Shown here: one piece after another, positions 37,058-50,140 of the stretch
Numbering within the stretch: position 1 is the stretch's first letter
Layout: every line of letters starts with the position of its first letter
NCBI GenBank assembly: GCA_002189035.1
Contig: CM007992.1
Span: forward strand, 2,852,001 to 2,916,000
Reading direction: 5' to 3'
From: Utricularia gibba
Lineage: Eukaryota > Plantae > Magnoliophyta
DNA length: 64,000 bases
Notes under the pieces: model-generated
Seen by the model: only the letters and a program-made list of their open reading frames with translations
What the model was told of the DNA's origin: nothing
The model's database searches: none
Position numbers and translations under genes: made by a program

Positions 37058-39151
37058 CGCTGAAAGATTCTCAGCTCCACCCACCTCCAAGAGAAGGAGA
37101 AAGATAATAGCTTTTAGGTTTCGAAGATGTTCCTAATAGTGTCGAAGCAGAAGGCGGTAGTGATCGGGTGCATCGCGGAGCACTGATTAGGAGGAAAGGA
37201 AGCGATTCGATTGGCTGCCGTGCCGAGAGAGCAGAACGAATCTATTTATGATTTCCTTCTCATCCCAGCTCGGTCTAATATGATGGGCTTCCTTAGTGGG
37301 CCTTCAGTTCAGCCCAGTTCGCTTGCTTAATATTCTAATTTATTCAATATTAAAAAAGATTGAATTAATTTACATAAAAATTAATAATTTAAAAAATATG
37401 AGTATCTTTTATAAATAATATATTTAAAAAATAATTTTTTAGTATATGTATAATAAAAAAAATTTAATAACAGTTTATAATTAAATTTATATATAATATT
37501 ATTAAATATTCATGATAAGTAATTGAATTTTTTTGAAATAATAAAGTTAATAGTGTACTTTACCACCATAAAATTAATTCAATCCACATAATAGATAGTT
37601 TTGTATTTTATTATTAATATGGATTTAAATAAAAAAATGATTGGATATTTAATTCTTGATATTAAATATTATTATTTAAGAAATATGTAATTAATAAGTA
37701 TTATTTAATATAAAATAATTTTTCATGTCCTACCAAATAATCTTTTAGAGATTTTCCAAAACACCCTTCTGAAAAACAATTAATGCATGATGTTAAGCTT
37801 AATGATATTCTCATAATTGACAAAAAAACATAGTCATTGATTGTAATTAGGAATACATTTTAATAACTATTTTAAAAAGTACTCTTAATTTAATTCCATC
37901 AACTTTCAGTCCACATATAATAGTCCTCACATTAAGATTCTAGTAATTAAGTTTGGTTTTATATATAATGCTATAGAAAATAAGATAGATGTACAATATA
38001 ATTGATGAAAAATCATATTTTGCAAATATCACTTGCTTAGTCAACTTTTTTTATTTGGGCAAAAGTGATACATTCATTACATTAAATCCTCCCATAAAAG
38101 AGTAACAATCAATTAAGGGAACAAGTTTAAAATGTAATGTAGGAAAATTAAGATATTAGGTCAGGTTCAACATCTGAATTGCCCAATAAAAGTACAATTA
38201 CTAATCAATGATCTAAAGAAGGAAATATGCCATGATAATGTAATGGAGTATGGTCCAAAAAAGAAACCTTTGTAGTTAATGCCAGACAAAAAATTGAGTA
38301 CAAATGCCCAACTTATAGGCGACCTATACTTGATGGGCCAACCACCTTGGCAAGTAATTAAACCCCATAAATTGGATAAAGAAGTTAAATGAGACAATAG
38401 CCTCATCATATCTAGTACTAGATATTTGCACAACAAGGTTTAGTAGATATTTAGAAAACAAAATAATCAATAAGATTACTCCTTACAAATGCATATAAAA
38501 TAAAGTATCCACTACCATATTGAGAGAGATCAAATATTAAAAACAATCATTTTATAAAAAAAAAAACCATGTTCTTATATTTAAATGACTGATTAATTTT
38601 AATGAGTGATTAATTTTTATAAGATTAAAAAATATTGAATTGAAATAATTATTTTTATTTATATATTTTTTGACAAATATAGTTAGAAAATAATAAATCA
38701 AATATAGCCCAATATGAAAAATATTCAATTCTCAAAATATTGAATAAATTAAAAATATATTAAATACATTTTTAAAATACCATTGTATAAAAATAAATTA
38801 TTTTTATTTTGAATGTTTTTATTAAGGGTATGAAATTATCAAATCTTTATATTTTAAAGTTTAATACCAAATATATGATAAACATTAAATATTTTTACTC
38901 CTTAAACCAACAATATTCATTTCAATATATCCAAATAAATTAAATTTAAAGTAGACAGAAGTCCTGATGCCAAACAATACTTGAGCATCACAGAAACAAC
39001 CTTACAAGATACACAATGTTTTCCTAGATACCCAACAAGTATCTTTACACACTTCCATTACATGCATCTTGCATATGGATTGCCTCCCTCTGGACACAAA
39101 TGCGGTTGTAGATTTTCCAGATTCAGATTGCCTCCTCCTCGTCTCAGGATC

Positions 39152-41258
39152 TCATAGCTGCAACGAGATATCAAGCTTGCTATCCGTCTCGTCTCTGAAT
39201 GCTGAGAGGTTTTCCGGGCGGCGGCGGACTGCTTGTTGGCTTTGATACATACGACGTTTGCATGAAGGGAATGGAATGAACTGGTGTTCCATGCCGGAAA
39301 CCCCCTCGGAGAAACTCTCGGTTACAAAATCAGGCTTCAATGAACTGGTGTTGAGTGCAACAGGAGCAATGTTTTCTCCCAAGGTGCGCGGTGTCTGCGT
39401 GGAGAACTCCAGAACGATAGAGTCAGCTCGCGCTGTGGCGTTTTTCTGCTGCTGCGGTGCATCTGTTTAGCATGGAAGGAAGAGGAGAAAAATGGGTTTG
39501 CATCAGCATTGAAATGGGAAATCATGACAGGAAGGAGACCACAACCTTGAAGCTCTTCATCTGAGATGACAAGATCCAGTTCCAGAAGATCAAGAAGTCG
39601 GCCAAGATCAACTCCACTGGTCCAGTTTTCTGGTTGTTTGCCGCTTTTCAGAATCAGCCTACCTCGATTAGCAGTGCCGCCCCAGATGATTCCAACAGGC
39701 TTGGGTTTCTCACCATTTGGAGACGAGAGGAGGATAAGGCTCCCACTGTCACCTTCCAAGTCAAACGCCTGCTCATTCTCACCAAGAACAAGGAAATCAG
39801 TGAACAAGCAAATCCCTTTGTCATCGTTGTATTCAAGAGAATAAGCCATTATGGTCCCAGTAGTCAAACCAGAGCTCCTTCCAACTTTCACCACTTGCCT
39901 CCCAACAAGGCTGCTAATGGGGGATTGCAGATCAATAACATGAACACTTCCAATTTCTCCTACGCCATTCACCCGGGTAGTGACATTAGCCAGGTCGAAA
40001 TCTTCTGCGAAAGGAATGAAGGCGCCATCCGCACGAACGAAGCTTTCTGCAGGTATGAACAAAATCAGGGAGAGCTCTTTCCAGGAAGATACCAATGAAG
40101 TTGTGAACATCAGAGTGGCATTACCAGGGTTAACACCAGCATAGACGCCGTACCAGTTATCATCAGTTATGAATGATGTAGCCCTTTCGACAGCACCCAA
40201 ATATACACCTTGTCCGAGACTGGGAGGCAAGGGGTGGAACATCTTCTGACTTGGGCAGTTGAGATCAACGGCGACATGGCGGTTGGTGAGAAAGCCAACC
40301 TCCTTGTTCCCAGTTCTGCTCTTGACTATGGCTCCCAAGGTTCCAGATGTTTCTTGGCCTGCAACCTGTGAATTTTTATTGTTATTAGATTGATGTAAGC
40401 AAAGGAAACATATCCATGAACGAAGACTTCCAGGTCCAGAAGGGAAGATCTACCTGGGAACCAGATCCAATGCGGGGAGCTCTTCCACAAAGGCCATCCA
40501 CAAGTTCTGTGAATCGCCGCACATTTGAGGTGGTTGCAGGAGCTCCATAGTAAGCAAATTCCACGACATCAACATCACACCAGATCCCACCAGGTCCCTG
40601 CAGGTCATTTTAAAGTAAAAGAAGCTTATATGACTGCAAAAACAGTTACTAATCTAAGCCATTTCCAGGCATCTGCTCCCAATCAAGGCATCCAAAGTCA
40701 GAGAAAGGTAAGTAAATAAAAAGGTATAGCACCCTGTGGCTGAAGCACAATAAGTTAAGACCTCAAGAAAAGCAGGTAGCCACTGTGCGGGATTGAGCCA
40801 CCGCTCATGAACTTTTCTAGGAACAAATACTAGAATAGCAGGAATATTAGTCAGTACACCCTTCTTGATTCTGAAACCAATTGCTGTGCCATGGCTATAC
40901 CGCCTGAGATATCCGCTATGAAATGCTCTGATTATCATCAGTTCAAGGAAGTTAGAAGCCTGGGGTCCGGTAGGCCGCCGTCCATACGTTTCAGGAAGAG
41001 CCTCTTTCTGAAGATTCATGAAGTAATTTTCTCTTTCTTCAGCATCATCAGTTATTCGACAAGCAGGCCATGAAAAGTATGCAGTGTTTGTCTCAGAGAA
41101 ATGACCAACAGATGCAAGTGATTTTGAAAGGTGTGAACTTGATTCAGGCTGATACAGATCATTGCTGCCGTTCCTTTCCAGAACCAATGCTGATTCCTGG
41201 GACTGGGAGGGGCAGAATTAGGGGCAGCTACTTCCCACAAAGCCATACCTTTTTCCAT
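39152..41258 (-). CDS. NAL1: NARROW LEAF 1-like trypsin-fold serine protease; exons 41258-40762, 40597-40454, 40365-40125, 40046-39546, 39462-39152; one apparent frameshift at 41209-41212
   Basis: ESALVLERN, YFSWP, LELMIIRAFHS, GTAIGFRIK, GPGGIWCDVDVVEF, GFLTNRHVAVDL (His), FVRADGAFIPF (Asp), DLEGDSGSL (Ser). Junctions GT-AG and in phase. Confidence 0.9.
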
Positions 41259-43545
41259 GTGTCAGTTCAGTTCCCCTCGAAGAAACACAGTTGATATGTT
41301 TGCATTAAAAAAATCATCAACACTGCGTCAAGAATATCTTGTCAATTAGATTTGGAGCTTTTAAAAGGGTAGATGAGAAAAAGGTCTCACAGCAGTTTCA
41401 TGGAAGATGCTCAACACTTTTGTAAAATGAATGGAATCAAACCGAAATTCCTGAAATACAGACTTACGTATCAGTGACAACCAGGATACACTCGCAGCCC
41501 GATCAGCTAAAATCAAATGGAATATTCAGATGACACAAAAATCAAGGTAACACAGAACTACAGCTGCTGATATGCTAGTGATTAATCACTTCCTGGAGTG
41601 ACTTTTCAGCTAACTCGCGCCAGGAAAAATAAAAGAGATGGTCTTGCAGCAAGGGCTATACACTAGTGAAAAATCTCATTACTGATTGAAAGAAGGCTAA
41701 AACCTATAAGACAAGCCAGAGGCCAAATTTAGAGTGTTCTCGAATAGCAAACATCATTTCGATGCATATTCCATCGCAGCAATGCGTTTGCAAAGATGAG
41801 TAACCAAAACAAAGATACACAGAGAGATTACCATAACCACACCACCACCTTCAGTTCCTGGATATTTACATGATCAACGAGAGGCCACGCCATTGAGGCG
41901 AAGCCCCATTATATAGCAGGGGGCCTTAATCAAGGGTGTTGCGAATACCGTGCGCGTAAGAGAGGGGGAGGATTGAATGCGAAAAAGACATCATCTTGAG
42001 GACAATAGCTGTTTTTGGAATGGCATATAAAGGATAATGAGCTTTTCTGATTTCTCCAAAGAAAGCTGTAGCACTCAGTAAATTATCAGCACTAGAATTC
42101 GGCAAGTGGATAGAAGGTGTTTCCCATTCTTTGTCCTGTTCGTCTTGAACCCCTCCAACCCATGTTTTTCCTTACACCACGCTCGTTAAGAGTGGCCAGT
42201 TAACGCATATCTCAAAATACATTTAAGTTAAATTCTGGAAAGCAGCACGAACACAGAATTTCCTGAGATCTAGTGACGCAAAAATAAAGGCTTCATAAAA
42301 GGTTGCAGACCCATAAAAATATTATCTTTATCATACATGGGCATTGCTGGAAGCATTGGAGACGATTATCAAATCATTTACTCCCACCCAAAACCGAGAA
42401 TCCACGTGGATCGTTCAGTATCTCCCCCTTGAGCTTTTCTTCGCCTTCCCCAGCACCAAATTGAATCAAAATCGAGCCTCCAATCAGGACGAGAGATCTA
42501 ATAAAAACTTGATCAAAATCGAGTCTCCAATCAGGAAAAGAGACCTAAAACAACCCCCCCAACAAATGATTCTTTTGTGCTTTATTCTTAATCCCCCACC
42601 GACATCAATGGGCGCGTTTTCGCCATTTGATAGGTGGAAGAGCGACGAGGGGCCGACCGAGTGGTGGGCCGGCCTTCCAATTATCTCTGCATCATCTGCT
42701 TCCTTTTTCGTCAATCATGAAGTCATCATCGTCATGGCTCACTTCCATGGTTTTTAAAACCATGGACTCCGTCTTTGCGGCCGGGTTTTGACCGAATTTA
42801 TTTGCCAAAGAAAACCTCCGTACAACTTTTTCCCCCACTCATCCGATGTTTTTCCTCTGGCTACTCCATTCGGATGAGTACATCAAGACCTTGGAGCCTG
42901 GAGGTTAGTTATGTCTCGTTAACGGTTAGGTAATATCCAAACCAATAGCGAAGAAAAGTTGCTAACATAATTAATTAATACAGACAAATGATATTAAAGT
43001 AACATACATACATATTTAAATAAAAATATAGATATTTTAAATTTAATGATGTAAACTGTGGGTTCGCGTATTCAAAAATACACAGTTAGGAGATTTGTGA
43101 TCGAATTCCAAATTGATTATAGACGAGGGAAAGAAAATGCGTAAATAAAAATGTAAAATTATAAGAATTATAAATTAAAATTGGATAATATTATGTAAAA
43201 TGAGGTTGGATTGTATCAAATACAAGATGGGATTCAAAAATTGAGATGTATCCACATTTAAATAAAAATGAATAATTCTTAAAAATTAAATTATGTAAAA
43301 ATAAAAAAATTAATTTAACATACATAAACATTATAAATTTAATGATCAAGAATATATTAATAAATCAGTATATAAATATTTAAACATCACGTACATTAAT
43401 ATTAAAAAAAATCTAATATCTAAAATATTAAGATGAACATTAATGAATAACATAACATAAATCCATTAATAAATTAGTATGCTTGATATACCTTTACCTT
43501 TATAATCAATATCTTATAGTTTGAATGATAGAATGATAAATTAAT

Positions 43546-43550
<5 letters not shown>

Positions 43551-43598
<48 letters not shown>
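43551..43598. repeat. (AT)24 microsatellite
   Basis: Perfect AT dinucleotide run. Confidence 0.97.
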
Positions 43599-43605
<7 letters not shown>

Positions 43606-44093
43606 GAATTAAAGAACTAATCCGCACAATCATGAGTAGGATAAAATGAAACTATAATTGAAAAATTGAATGAGATTATTGAATAATAATATTTTTTATA
43701 TTTTTTAGTTTATTTTTTTAATTTTATTGTTATTAAAGACTTGTCGGATATGAATTCGCATGAATATTCATGATTTTATATATTGAACACGTGAATTTAT
43801 ATAAAATATAAGAACCGGTGCATAATACGCTAACTAATACAGACATCATCTTTAAATAAAACCATTTTTTCATTACTTTTATTTAAATTTAAGTTTTGAT
43901 TTAGTATGTAATTTATCAAATAAAATTTATTAAAACTAACTTAAAAGGAATAGATTGGACTGAAAAGCAGCCGAATAAAGTTGTGGGCCATAATTGTGAG
44001 GCTTGGCCCATTTTGGAGCTACATGAAGAAGAAAGGATTTTAAACACGAAGATCTGGATTCGGAGCGCCTGCGTCGTGAGATTGGCCACCGCC

Positions 44094-44768
44094 ATGAGCT
44101 GTGAAGAAAGTGAAGAAATGGAGGCACACAAGGAAGACCCATTTGCTTCTCTGATGAAATTTCTTCCGCAAATTGATTCCTTGAGTTTGCAGATACGGAG
44201 TGCGTCTTTCGCGCGGGAGTTTGACAGTTTCTCCGATTCGCAACCTCAGCTGTATTTCTCCCCCGTGCCACCGGACATCGGTACCTCCGAAATCATCATG
44301 GTCAGCCTCCCGGACAGCGATCCTTCGGTTGCGAACGAAGAACCATTGTTTGAGACTCCACCCGAAAATCCCTTACAGCATTCCTCATCCGAGGGCCACA
44401 ACGAAGATGATTTGGGGGGCGAAGGCAGCAAATCGAAAAGGGCTTATGAAACTCGATTGGGTGATGATAGTGATCAGAGGGAGCCCAAGAAGAGAGCTTT
44501 TGGAGACGAATTCGAAACACGAACCTTGGATTTGCAGGACGCAGTTGCAGGTGCTGTGGAAGAGGGGCGAAGAGAATTACTGCCGAGCCCGTTGAATCCA
44601 CATGGCTTAACTTTGCTGGACATTTTGGATGATTTCAAAGCTTATCTTGCTGGGAAACGCGGTGATGTTGATGAAGGCAGCATTAATCTTGTAGAAACGG
44701 CGAAGAAACAGGGAATGGCCTTTCCACGGCCAAGATGGTGGTCACCTGAGCACATCTTCATCGATTGA
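44094..44768 (+). CDS. Uncharacterised intronless acidic protein (224 aa) with a C-terminal AxxxGMxFPRPRWW motif
   Basis: ATG in good context (gccATGa) at 44094; long open frame; C-terminus LVETAKKQGMAFPRPRWWSP resembles a remembered plant-specific motif. Confidence 0.7.
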   Translation: MSCEESEEMEAHKEDPFASLMKFLPQIDSLSLQIRSASFAREFDSFSDSQPQLYFSPVPPDIGTSEIIMVSLPDSDPSVANEEPLFETPPENPLQHSSSEGHNEDDLGGEGSKSKRAYETRLGDDSDQREPKKRAFGDEFETRTLDLQDAVAGAVEEGRRELLPSPLNPHGLTLLDILDDFKAYLAGKRGDVDEGSINLVETAKKQGMAFPRPRWWSPEHIFID

Positions 44769-46620
44769 TGACTGGAATTTCTCAAATTCGTTCGTCAGAT
44801 CATGTAGCACCAGAAGATCTTGTAGCGTATCAAAACCATGTGAAATGTAAGAGCTGTCGATTCCGATTTTGAGTGCTGGAATCGTAACTTTGATTTCTAG
44901 GGATCTCACTAGTAGCACCGTCTACACGAAAGATTTCGCAGGGTATTACATGAAGGATGGATTGTTCTTGATATGGATTTCGAGGAATTAATGGCAAGGT
45001 TTTGCAAGTAAAGACCAAAAGAGATGTTTTTCCCATTGGCATCAACGAATTAGATCGGAATACTCACGCTGCTTCACCTCAAACACGAGGCTTCTGCTAC
45101 AGATCGGCCACGGCTCTTCGTTTTCTCCCTTCTTTCCACCTCCGCGGTAGTTTTCACCGTCCGCTCGCTCTGCATTTCAAAGCCTGTTTCTTTTTTCCTC
45201 CACCTTCGCAGCGATTCCGAACTTTCATCACCTTTTCGTGGGTGTCTTTGTTGATGGTTGTATACAACATTATCTTTCTCGGATCGCTCCTTATCATCGC
45301 TGTGAACACCCGACAGAATCTTGATTTCTCTTCTCTCTGGTAGTTGTTCTCTTTTTTTTTTTCTGGAGTAGATGTTTACAAGCGCACTCTGGCATCTCGC
45401 AAGCATGGCAGGTATTTGTTCTCGATCCCCTGTATGTTGTTGTCCCTGATTTTCGGCTACTTGGGCTGTCTGTCGGATAATCAATGGCGTCTTCCGTTCA
45501 ATTGCAGTACATGGAAGTGAAGACTACGCACCTGTAACAAGGCTTAATGCTGGTGCTCTCCGAGTTTTTTCTTTCTGATGATTGTGAACACTGCAAGATC
45601 TGTAACAAGGCACCTCATTGAACTTCTGGTGCAGGATGTCTCCTTCTATATCTGCAACAGCTATCATAATCCGGCATCATAAAGCTGCACTGCAAGATCA
45701 TCTTGGTGGGTGCTTTCGGGAATAATGTGCCTCTCAGAAGCATCATTCAGATGGAAAATCTAGATGCTTAATACCCAAGTTCATCTGCAAATGAAAAATC
45801 TGAGATATTTGCTTCGAGTAGAATTAAGATGATGGAATTCTGCTAGTCTTAACGTAGAAAAAAAACAAAAGACTGTACCTTTAACTTGTCATACCTATAT
45901 TGAGCATCTGTGATGGCTGGCTCTGTTTGAAGTCTCTTCATTGCATTGGCCCACTGCATACGACCGAGACCTTTGCGGGTGGTTCTAATGGCGGTTTAGG
46001 GTTTTGGAGTCTTCGGTTTACAAAACTGAATTATGGCGCAGTAATGTATGAAGGAAAACATGACCTGAAGACACGGAGAAGTAAAAAAATGGCGACTTAA
46101 GGGTCGTCACCTTATGAGAGGATAGTGACAGCAGTTGAAGTTCGACAAAACCTCCGCAGTTGAGGCGTTGATGTTTGTGGCCTGAATCATGAATGTGAAG
46201 GATCGACTATTATGTGGAATCTCCCGGTTTACGCGCAATTTTCAACCCACTTGAGCGCGAGATTTATCCCACGTTGCTCTTCCGTTTCCTTGTTTCCTCC
46301 TCGGGAGGTCTGCCAATTTCATTTCTCCGGTGTACTATTCACTTCCTGACAACGGGCTACGGAACCCATACCTTCAAACCCATTGTCGTCAACCTTGAAA
46401 CAGAAATTTTCGCCTCGGTTTCTACGGAGGAAAACGAAGATCACTGCTTTTGTATGTTTGTTTTTTTGTTTGTCGTTGTGTGAATCTGGGAAATTGTTCT
46501 TACCCATTTTGAATGTTTCTGTTTGTACATCACGAGAAACAAACAAATCAAGGAAGCGACTTTCTCTGGTCATCTTAAATATCACCGGTGTCACATTTAA
46601 ACCTCTCTTCGCATTTTCGC

Positions 46621-49600
46621 ATGGAATCTATTGATCAACTCGATGGGACTGTTAATTCGAAGGGAAGCATGTGGGTTCTTGAGCAACAGCTTGATCAGCC
46701 CATGGATGAAGACGCTGGAAAACTTAAGAATATGTACATAGAGAAGGTGATATAAACCTCAATTTTCTTGTCTTCGCTGCTCACTCTTTCACCAATTCTC
46801 CGAATGGATCGTTCTCGTAGCGTTCTGGTAGCTCTATGTTCAATCCCTTTTTTTTTTTTTTTTTTTTGTCAGGCATAGATTTTGTAGGATCTCCATAGTT
46901 GAGATTCCCTACCTTTTTTCATCTTTTTTTTATTCATTCCTTGAGAGTACAGGCTTTTGGTATCCATGGCTTTGACCTGCTGTGCTTTGCATCAAGTGGC
47001 TCAAGTTGATAGTGTTACTGAAATATATCCATGATTTTGATGGAAACTACTGTGATTTGTATTTGAGAAGATATATTTTCTTTGGTGATACAGAAATTCT
47101 CAGCAATTTTGTTCTTGAGGCTTGCATTCCAGAGCTTGGGGTAGTGTATGGAGACCTGGGAACGTCTCCCTTGTATGTGTTTAACAATACCTTTCCTCAT
47201 GGGATTAGTGATCCAGAGGATGTCATTGGAGCTCTTTCTTTGATTATATACTCCTTGACGCTGATACCCCTTTTAAAGTATGTATTTATTGTCTGCAGAG
47301 CAAATGACAACGGCCAAGGTATGATGCAGTTTCCGTTTTATAGACATTCTTTTCGTTTGCTAACTGTCCATTTTCATACCTTAGGAGGAACTCTTGCGAT
47401 ATATTCACTCCTTTGTCGACATGCCAAGTTGAAAACGATTCCAAATCAACACAGGACTGATGAAGAGCTGACAACTTATAGTCGTTGTACGTTCGATGAG
47501 CATTCATTGGCTGGCAAAACTAAGAAGTGGCTGGAGACTGACCCATCAAAAAGGGTTGCTCTTCTCATTCTAGTCCTTGTAGGGACATGCATGGTTATTG
47601 GTGATGGAATTCTCACTCCAGCAATATCGGGTAATTATGTTCATAGGTATCTAGTTCTTTAACTTCTGATGGTTCATTCCTTATGATTCTAGCATTACTT
47701 GTTCTCTGTTTCATTGCATGACATGTTTCTCTAACTATGGAGAGAAACATTGACAGTTCTTTCTTCTTCTGGAGGAATCCGAGTAGATCACCCAAAGATG
47801 TCAACTAGTATGATACTTATATCTCAGTATACAGATTGTTCATTCTTCTTTTTTCTCTTTTCTAAATGTTTGATGCATTCTTCAACACAGATGATGTTAC
47901 AATTGTTGCTGTTATAATACTAGTGGGTTTGTTCTGCATGCAACACTATGGCACTGATAAGGTTGCCTGGCTCTTTGCTCCTATTGTACTGCTATGGTTT
48001 CTCTTCATCGGAGGCATCGGTATCTTTAACATATTCAAGTATGATTCCTCGGTTCTGAAAGCCTTTTCACCTGTATATATCTATCGCTACTTCAGAAGAA
48101 CAAAGAAAAGAGGATGGATGTCGCTTGGTGGGATAATGCTCAGTATCACAGGTTTAAGCATATGCCAGCTTCTCTGTTTTCCCTTTCTGTGCATGTGGGC
48201 TGTTTTTCAGACATGAGTTACAAAAAAATTACTATCAGTTTATCACATCAGTTTGAATTGCTCTGACTTGTGCTCCTTGCCAACTGCTGCAGGAACAGAA
48301 GCACTTTTTGCTGATCTTGCTCATTTTCCAGTATCAGCTATACAACTGGCCTTTACGACTGTGGTGTTTCCTTGCCTTCTTCTCGCCTACTGTGGTCAAG
48401 CAGCTTACCTGATGTATAATACAGACCATGTTTTCGATTCGTTTTATCGTTCAATCCCTGGTACAGCTTCACCTTGAGCTTTGATTCTCGTTGCACTGCT
48501 CCAATACCTGCTGTTGATTAGCATGAAATCCATCCCATTTCATTGTTCTAGCTTCATAATTGCAGAAACCATCTACTGGCCGGTTTTCATCATCGCAACT
48601 TTGGCTGCCATTGTTGCCAGTCAAGCCTCAATATCTGCAACATTTTCAATAATCAAGCAAGCTCATGCTCTGGGTTGTTTTCCAAGGATCAAAGTTGTTC
48701 ATACATCCAAAAGGTTTCTAGGCCAGATATATGTCCCGGACGTGAACTGGATTCTTATGATCCTCTGCATTGCGGTTACCGCAGGATTCGGAAACCAGAA
48801 CCAGATAGGCAATGCTTACGGTTAGTACCTTCTACCAGTTCATCTTACTGCAACATAATGCATAGAACTGAGTAAGCTTCGGCTAATCAGGCACTGCTGT
48901 CGTGGTTGTCATGCTGGTTACCACCTTCTTGATCACACTGGTGATGCTACTAGTTTGGCACTGCCACTGGCTCCTCGTTGCCATCTTCACTTCTCTTTCT
49001 CTAGCCGTGGAATGCACATATTTTTCAGCTGTGCTGTTCAAAGTCGACCAGGGTGGTTGGGTCCCTCTTGTGATCGCTGCCATATTTCTGCTCATCATGT
49101 ATACTTGGCACTATGGAACACTCAAGAGGTATGAGTTCGAGATGCACAGCCAGGTATCCTTAGCATGGATTCTGGGACTGGGTCCGAGCCTCGGCCTGGT
49201 GCGTGTTCCGGGCATTGGGCTCGTGTACAGCGAGCTCGCCAGAGGCGTCCCTCGGATCTTTTCCCACTTCATAACAAACCTCCCGGCGCTGCACTCTGTG
49301 GTGGTCTTTGTCTGCGTCAAGTATCTCCCGGTTTACACCGTCCCGGAAGATGAGCGCTTCCTGGTTAAGCGAATAGGGCCGAAGAACTTCCATATGTTCC
49401 GGTGTGTTGCACGGTATGGCTACAAGGATCCTCACCGGAGAGACGGAGGTTTTGAGAAGAAGCTATTTGAAAACCTCTTCATGTTTGTCCGGATGGAGGC
49501 CATGATGGAAGGGCGATCAGACTCAGAGGAATCCTGCAGTATCCAAACCAGGCAGTCGAGGGACTCCCTGTCCATGTTGAAAGGTATCTTCCACACATCC

Positions 49601-49924
49601 ACTGCACGGGATCTTCAGCTCACACTGTCGTCTGATGCGATCGGACCGGCCGGATCGTCGTTTCCGGGAGATAGCTTCATGTCGTTGTCGTCGATCCTGA
49701 CGGAAGGCAATGAGTTGGAGTTCTTGAGCAGGTGCAGAGATGCAGGGGTGGTGCACATCATGGGGAACACAGTGGTCAGAGCAAGCAAAGAGTCCATGCT
49801 TGTGAAGAAAATAGCAATAGATTATGTGTATGCTTTCCTCAGGAGGGTGTGCAGGGAGAATAGTGTCATATTTAACGTGCCTCATGAAACTCTTCTCAAT
49901 GTTGGCCAAATCTTCTATGTTTAA
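46621..49924 (+). CDS. KUP11: KUP/HAK/KT potassium transporter (KUP10/11 clade); exons 46621-46746, 47094-47318, 47385-47630, 47757-47807, 47891-48151, 48293-48460, 48566-48820, 48891-49924; apparent frameshift at 47138-47141
   Basis: [38 protein letters not shown] (after frameshift repair), [45 protein letters not shown]-terminal [13 protein letters not shown]10 versus KUP11 not resolved. Confidence 0.93.
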
Positions 49925-50140
49925 ACTACAAGGAATTGTAAATGTTTTCCCAAGTGAAAAAAAAAGAGCATTTGACACAGTTTCTAACCACAACAATTAG
50001 AAAGAACATCAGCATACACAAACCTAAATGCAGCTGTGTGGAAATGATCTAACGCCTAAATGCCAGTGTCATGCCAGGGCAAACAACATATCGTTGCTGC
50101 CAGGAGCAGAGCAAAAAGGTTGCAAGCATCCAGCACCAGT

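Noticed and set aside
38016-38435. 13/15 inverted repeat bracketing ~420 bp (possible MITE or solo LTR)
   Set aside because: No TSD (AATCA vs AGGTT); the AT-rich context makes a chance match plausible.
39337-40338. 333-aa ORF taken as a single exon
   Set aside because: It reads through a 78-bp in-frame intron (40124-40047) and into the next intron of NAL1.
43810-43845. Helitron-like 3' end (accggtgcataatacgctaactaat)
   Set aside because: Hairpin degenerate, no CTAG terminus, no identifiable 5' TC end.
45314-45324. AGAATCTTGAT resembling the start of miR172
   Set aside because: Only 11 nt match and no fold-back partner.
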